64,000 bases of DNA from Azolla caroliniana (lineage: Eukaryota; Plantae; Polypodiophyta), in contig JBHGNT010000014.1 of assembly GCA_043228905.1 (NCBI GenBank), forward strand, positions 20,708,001 to 20,772,000. The letters run 5' to 3'. The position numbers and the translations under genes are program-made. Numbering within the stretch: the stretch's first letter is position 1; every line of letters starts with the position of its first letter. The notes below the pieces were generated by a model that was not told the DNA's origin, did not search any database, and saw only the letters and a program-made list of their open reading frames with translations. This document shows positions 61,353 through 64,000 of this stretch, piece after piece.

Positions 61353-64000
61353 TGCAAGACATTTTTAATGTATGTTTGCTTACCTCGTTCGCCGAATGGA
61401 ACATTGCCGATGTGCCAAATCGGGTGCGTAGTATCATCACTGGTTTCAACATAACCGAGTTGCTCCGGCTCTCGAAGTTCGAGAAACCATTCTTTATGAG
61501 ATATCATATGGTTTGAGGCTCCGGAGTCAACAAACAATATGACCTCCGGATTGAGGGAACTAGTTGAGGTAGAAGCCGACATAGAGTTTGCTCTATGTTT
61601 CATCATGAACATTCCGCCAAGGTCGGAGTTGTGTGCATACATTTCGCCACGATCTTCGTAGTCGGAGTTGTGCCCGTACATTCCGCTACACTCTTCGTAG
61701 TCGGAATTGTGCGTGTAATTCCGCTACACTCTTCTTTCAGCACTCTTCTTCGTGGTGGCCGAGCTTTCTGCAGTATCCGCATTCGGTTGCGTTTTGATGG
61801 CTCGGGCCGGAGTGGAAGCTCCCCCTTCTTGCGAATGTTCGTCGTTGGCTTCTGTTTTGCCGCCGAAATTGGGAGTTGTTGTCGTAGGTCGGACCTCGTC
61901 CGCCTTGTCCTTGGCCGAATTGGCCTCTCGCTCGTCCGCATCCTCTTCTTCCGTTCGAGTGCGTCTAGAGCATGTGGCCTTCTGACTCATTGCTCCTTGA
62001 CCGCACATGGTTTTCTTCGAGCAATATCATTGATTGGAGCTCGAAGAAGGGGGGAGATTTCTCCCTTGCTAGAACGGCGGTTAGCATCGCGCCGAACCGT
62101 GGTGCGAGGCCGCTGAGGAATATTTGCACCATCTCATCATCATCGATATTTACGCTTATCGAGCCGAGCGAGTCGCAAAGCTCCGTGATCTTCAAGGTGT
62201 ATGTCGTGATGGACATGTCCCTTTGTTGAATGTTGTTCAACTTTTGGTAGAGTTGAAGCCTTCTTGTGGTTGTGTTAGCCGCGAAAATCTTTCGTAGATT
62301 TTCCCATGCCTCCTTCGGCGTCTTGGCTTCGCGAATGTAGCCGAGCATGTGATCGTGAACACATGTCGCCAAGCAATACATCACACGACTTGCGGCTTGC
62401 TCCCATGTCGCGTATCTGGGAGCCATTTCGATGGGTCGGTCTTCGTGTGCTCCTTTGATGTAGCTCCAATAGCCTTGTCCGACAAGGTATTGGTGCATCT
62501 TGTACTCCCAAGATGCGAAGTTGTTTCGATCCAACTTCTCGGTAGGGAGAGCGCTCCCCATTTGAGTATTCATTATGTTGATTGTTACCCCGTACGAGAT
62601 GTATGGAGAGTTAATGTGATGAGCGAGGGTCAAATGTTATCATGATGATTGTTGTGTGTGTGTAGGGGGCATAAATGTAATTGTGAGTCGATACGTATGT
62701 GAACACATGCACACGTGTGTGCATGTGGATGGATACGAGGAGGTGTGAGTGAGTGTCCAATATGAATGCTCTAGGGGGCTTGCACCCCTTTGTATCTACC
62801 CCCTCTTGTACTATTTAACCCCTTATAGGGAATGAATGAAGAAAGGATCATTTTTCTCTCTCAATCTCTCTCTCTCTCTTGTCATCTCTCTTTCTCTCTC
62901 TCTCCCCCTCAACGTTGAATCCCCTTGGGAGGGGGGTGGAGCCATTCTAGGCACCACCCCCCACCCCACAATGCTTCTCAATGATTCTCAACATCTTCAT
63001 CTCGATCTCTCTCACCATCATACCTTCATCATCTTCACTATTACACAATGTCTATCTTTATCATCAATCATCATCATTATCATAAATATTAACCCTAACC
63101 CTAAAATGTACAACACCTTTTGGTGACCACTAAGGCGACCCCCCTTTTGAGACGAAGTCGAAGATTAATACGTGGCAGAGACAACAACGACGAAATGTGC
63201 GATAATGGTAAAGATGATGTGCAAGAAATCAAATCAATGATGTGTTGGAAATGGTGGTCACGAGATACTAAACGAAGTCGAGGAATGAGAAATGGTGTTG
63301 ACGATTTGCGTGTAGTTGATCACAAAAGAAAGACGAACAAAAGTTTATGATCTATGGGTTAGCAATGGAAGTGCAAAGGAGAGAGAGACCCAACCATCAC
63401 AAGCCGTATCTTCTAAAGATGAGACTGTATTTCTATCCACATATGACCGGTCAGACATGGCCAGAAAGACAAACGACCGGAGGGCCGAATGATGACCAAA
63501 CCAAACGGGCATGGATGGGCTGGATAGAGACAACGCTTGAATGAAGCAGCGATGGCTAGACGAGATTCGATAGACATGAATCGGACAAACGACCAGAGAC
63601 TCGTAAGACAGGGCCCACAAAGATGGAACAAAGATGGAGAAGGCAATGAAGAAAGTAAAAGAAACGCCAAAAACAACTGACGAAAACATAAGGACAAAGG
63701 CCGGAATGGCTGGACAGTGGGCGAGAGTGGCCAGAGTGACCGGAGTGGATGGACAACAGTCCGAGCGGTCAGATAGGCTGAGAGTGGCTAGACAGGACCC
63801 GGAGAGCCGAAATGGCCAGAGAGCGGCCGGACAGGACGACAGTCGAACATCATCCGTATGGCGACGACCTAATAAAGCAACCAGAGCAGCCGGGTTGGGG
63901 TGGCCAGATAACCAACGGCCAGAGCAGTGGCCGAATAGCGACGACCGGATGCCACGTACAAAGAAAGTGGCGTTGGCCTTACAATAGCCTGATAGTGGCA

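Larger units (their letters stand above)
54264..62633 (-). mobile_element. Outer Ty1/copia element (decayed; 5' LTR not in window), host to nested insertions
   Basis: 3' LTR at 54264-54658 with terminal inverted repeats TGTAAAGAATCAAG / CTTGATTCTCAACA and an adjacent PPT. RNase H NPVFHARTKHIEVHYHFIRE..DIFTKAL (54915-55172). RT C-terminal pieces at 55173-55696 and 60653-60710. Protease FVDSGASNHM. Gag KLDRNNFASWEYKM with knuckle CGYCRKLGHHEEEC. Confidence 0.88.

Overview
Eukaryotic land-plant nuclear DNA. Spliceosomal GT-AG introns, TE-filled multi-kb introns and plant-type genes suggest a fern or lycophyte, but that is inference only. There are five host genes: the 3' part of a PRT1-like N-degron E3 ligase (RING+ZZ), a 10-exon TFIIH p34/TFB4 gene with a probable U12-type intron, plastid ribosomal protein PSRP6, a 9-exon RHIP1-like gene and an intronless presenilin. 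There is also an F-box/kelch-type pseudogene with a tandemly duplicated N-terminus. Much of the rest is nested retroelements whose ends can be read directly: an L1-like LINE (14-bp TSD) carrying a full-length chromovirus (5-bp TSD, LTRs ending TA instead of CA), RTE-like LINE fragments in the PRT1 intron, a solo LTR with TSD upstream of TFB4, a decayed gypsy, and a Tnt1-like copia nested in another copia. I found no CRISPR array, rRNA or intact tRNA, and nothing I can establish as a new biological system. The least explained signals are two non-coding arrays with a conserved core and variable flanks (13763-14006 in the chromovirus leader; about 30780-31260 intergenic) and a copia family with a doubled polypurine tract. 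All family assignments come from recalled motifs, not database searches.
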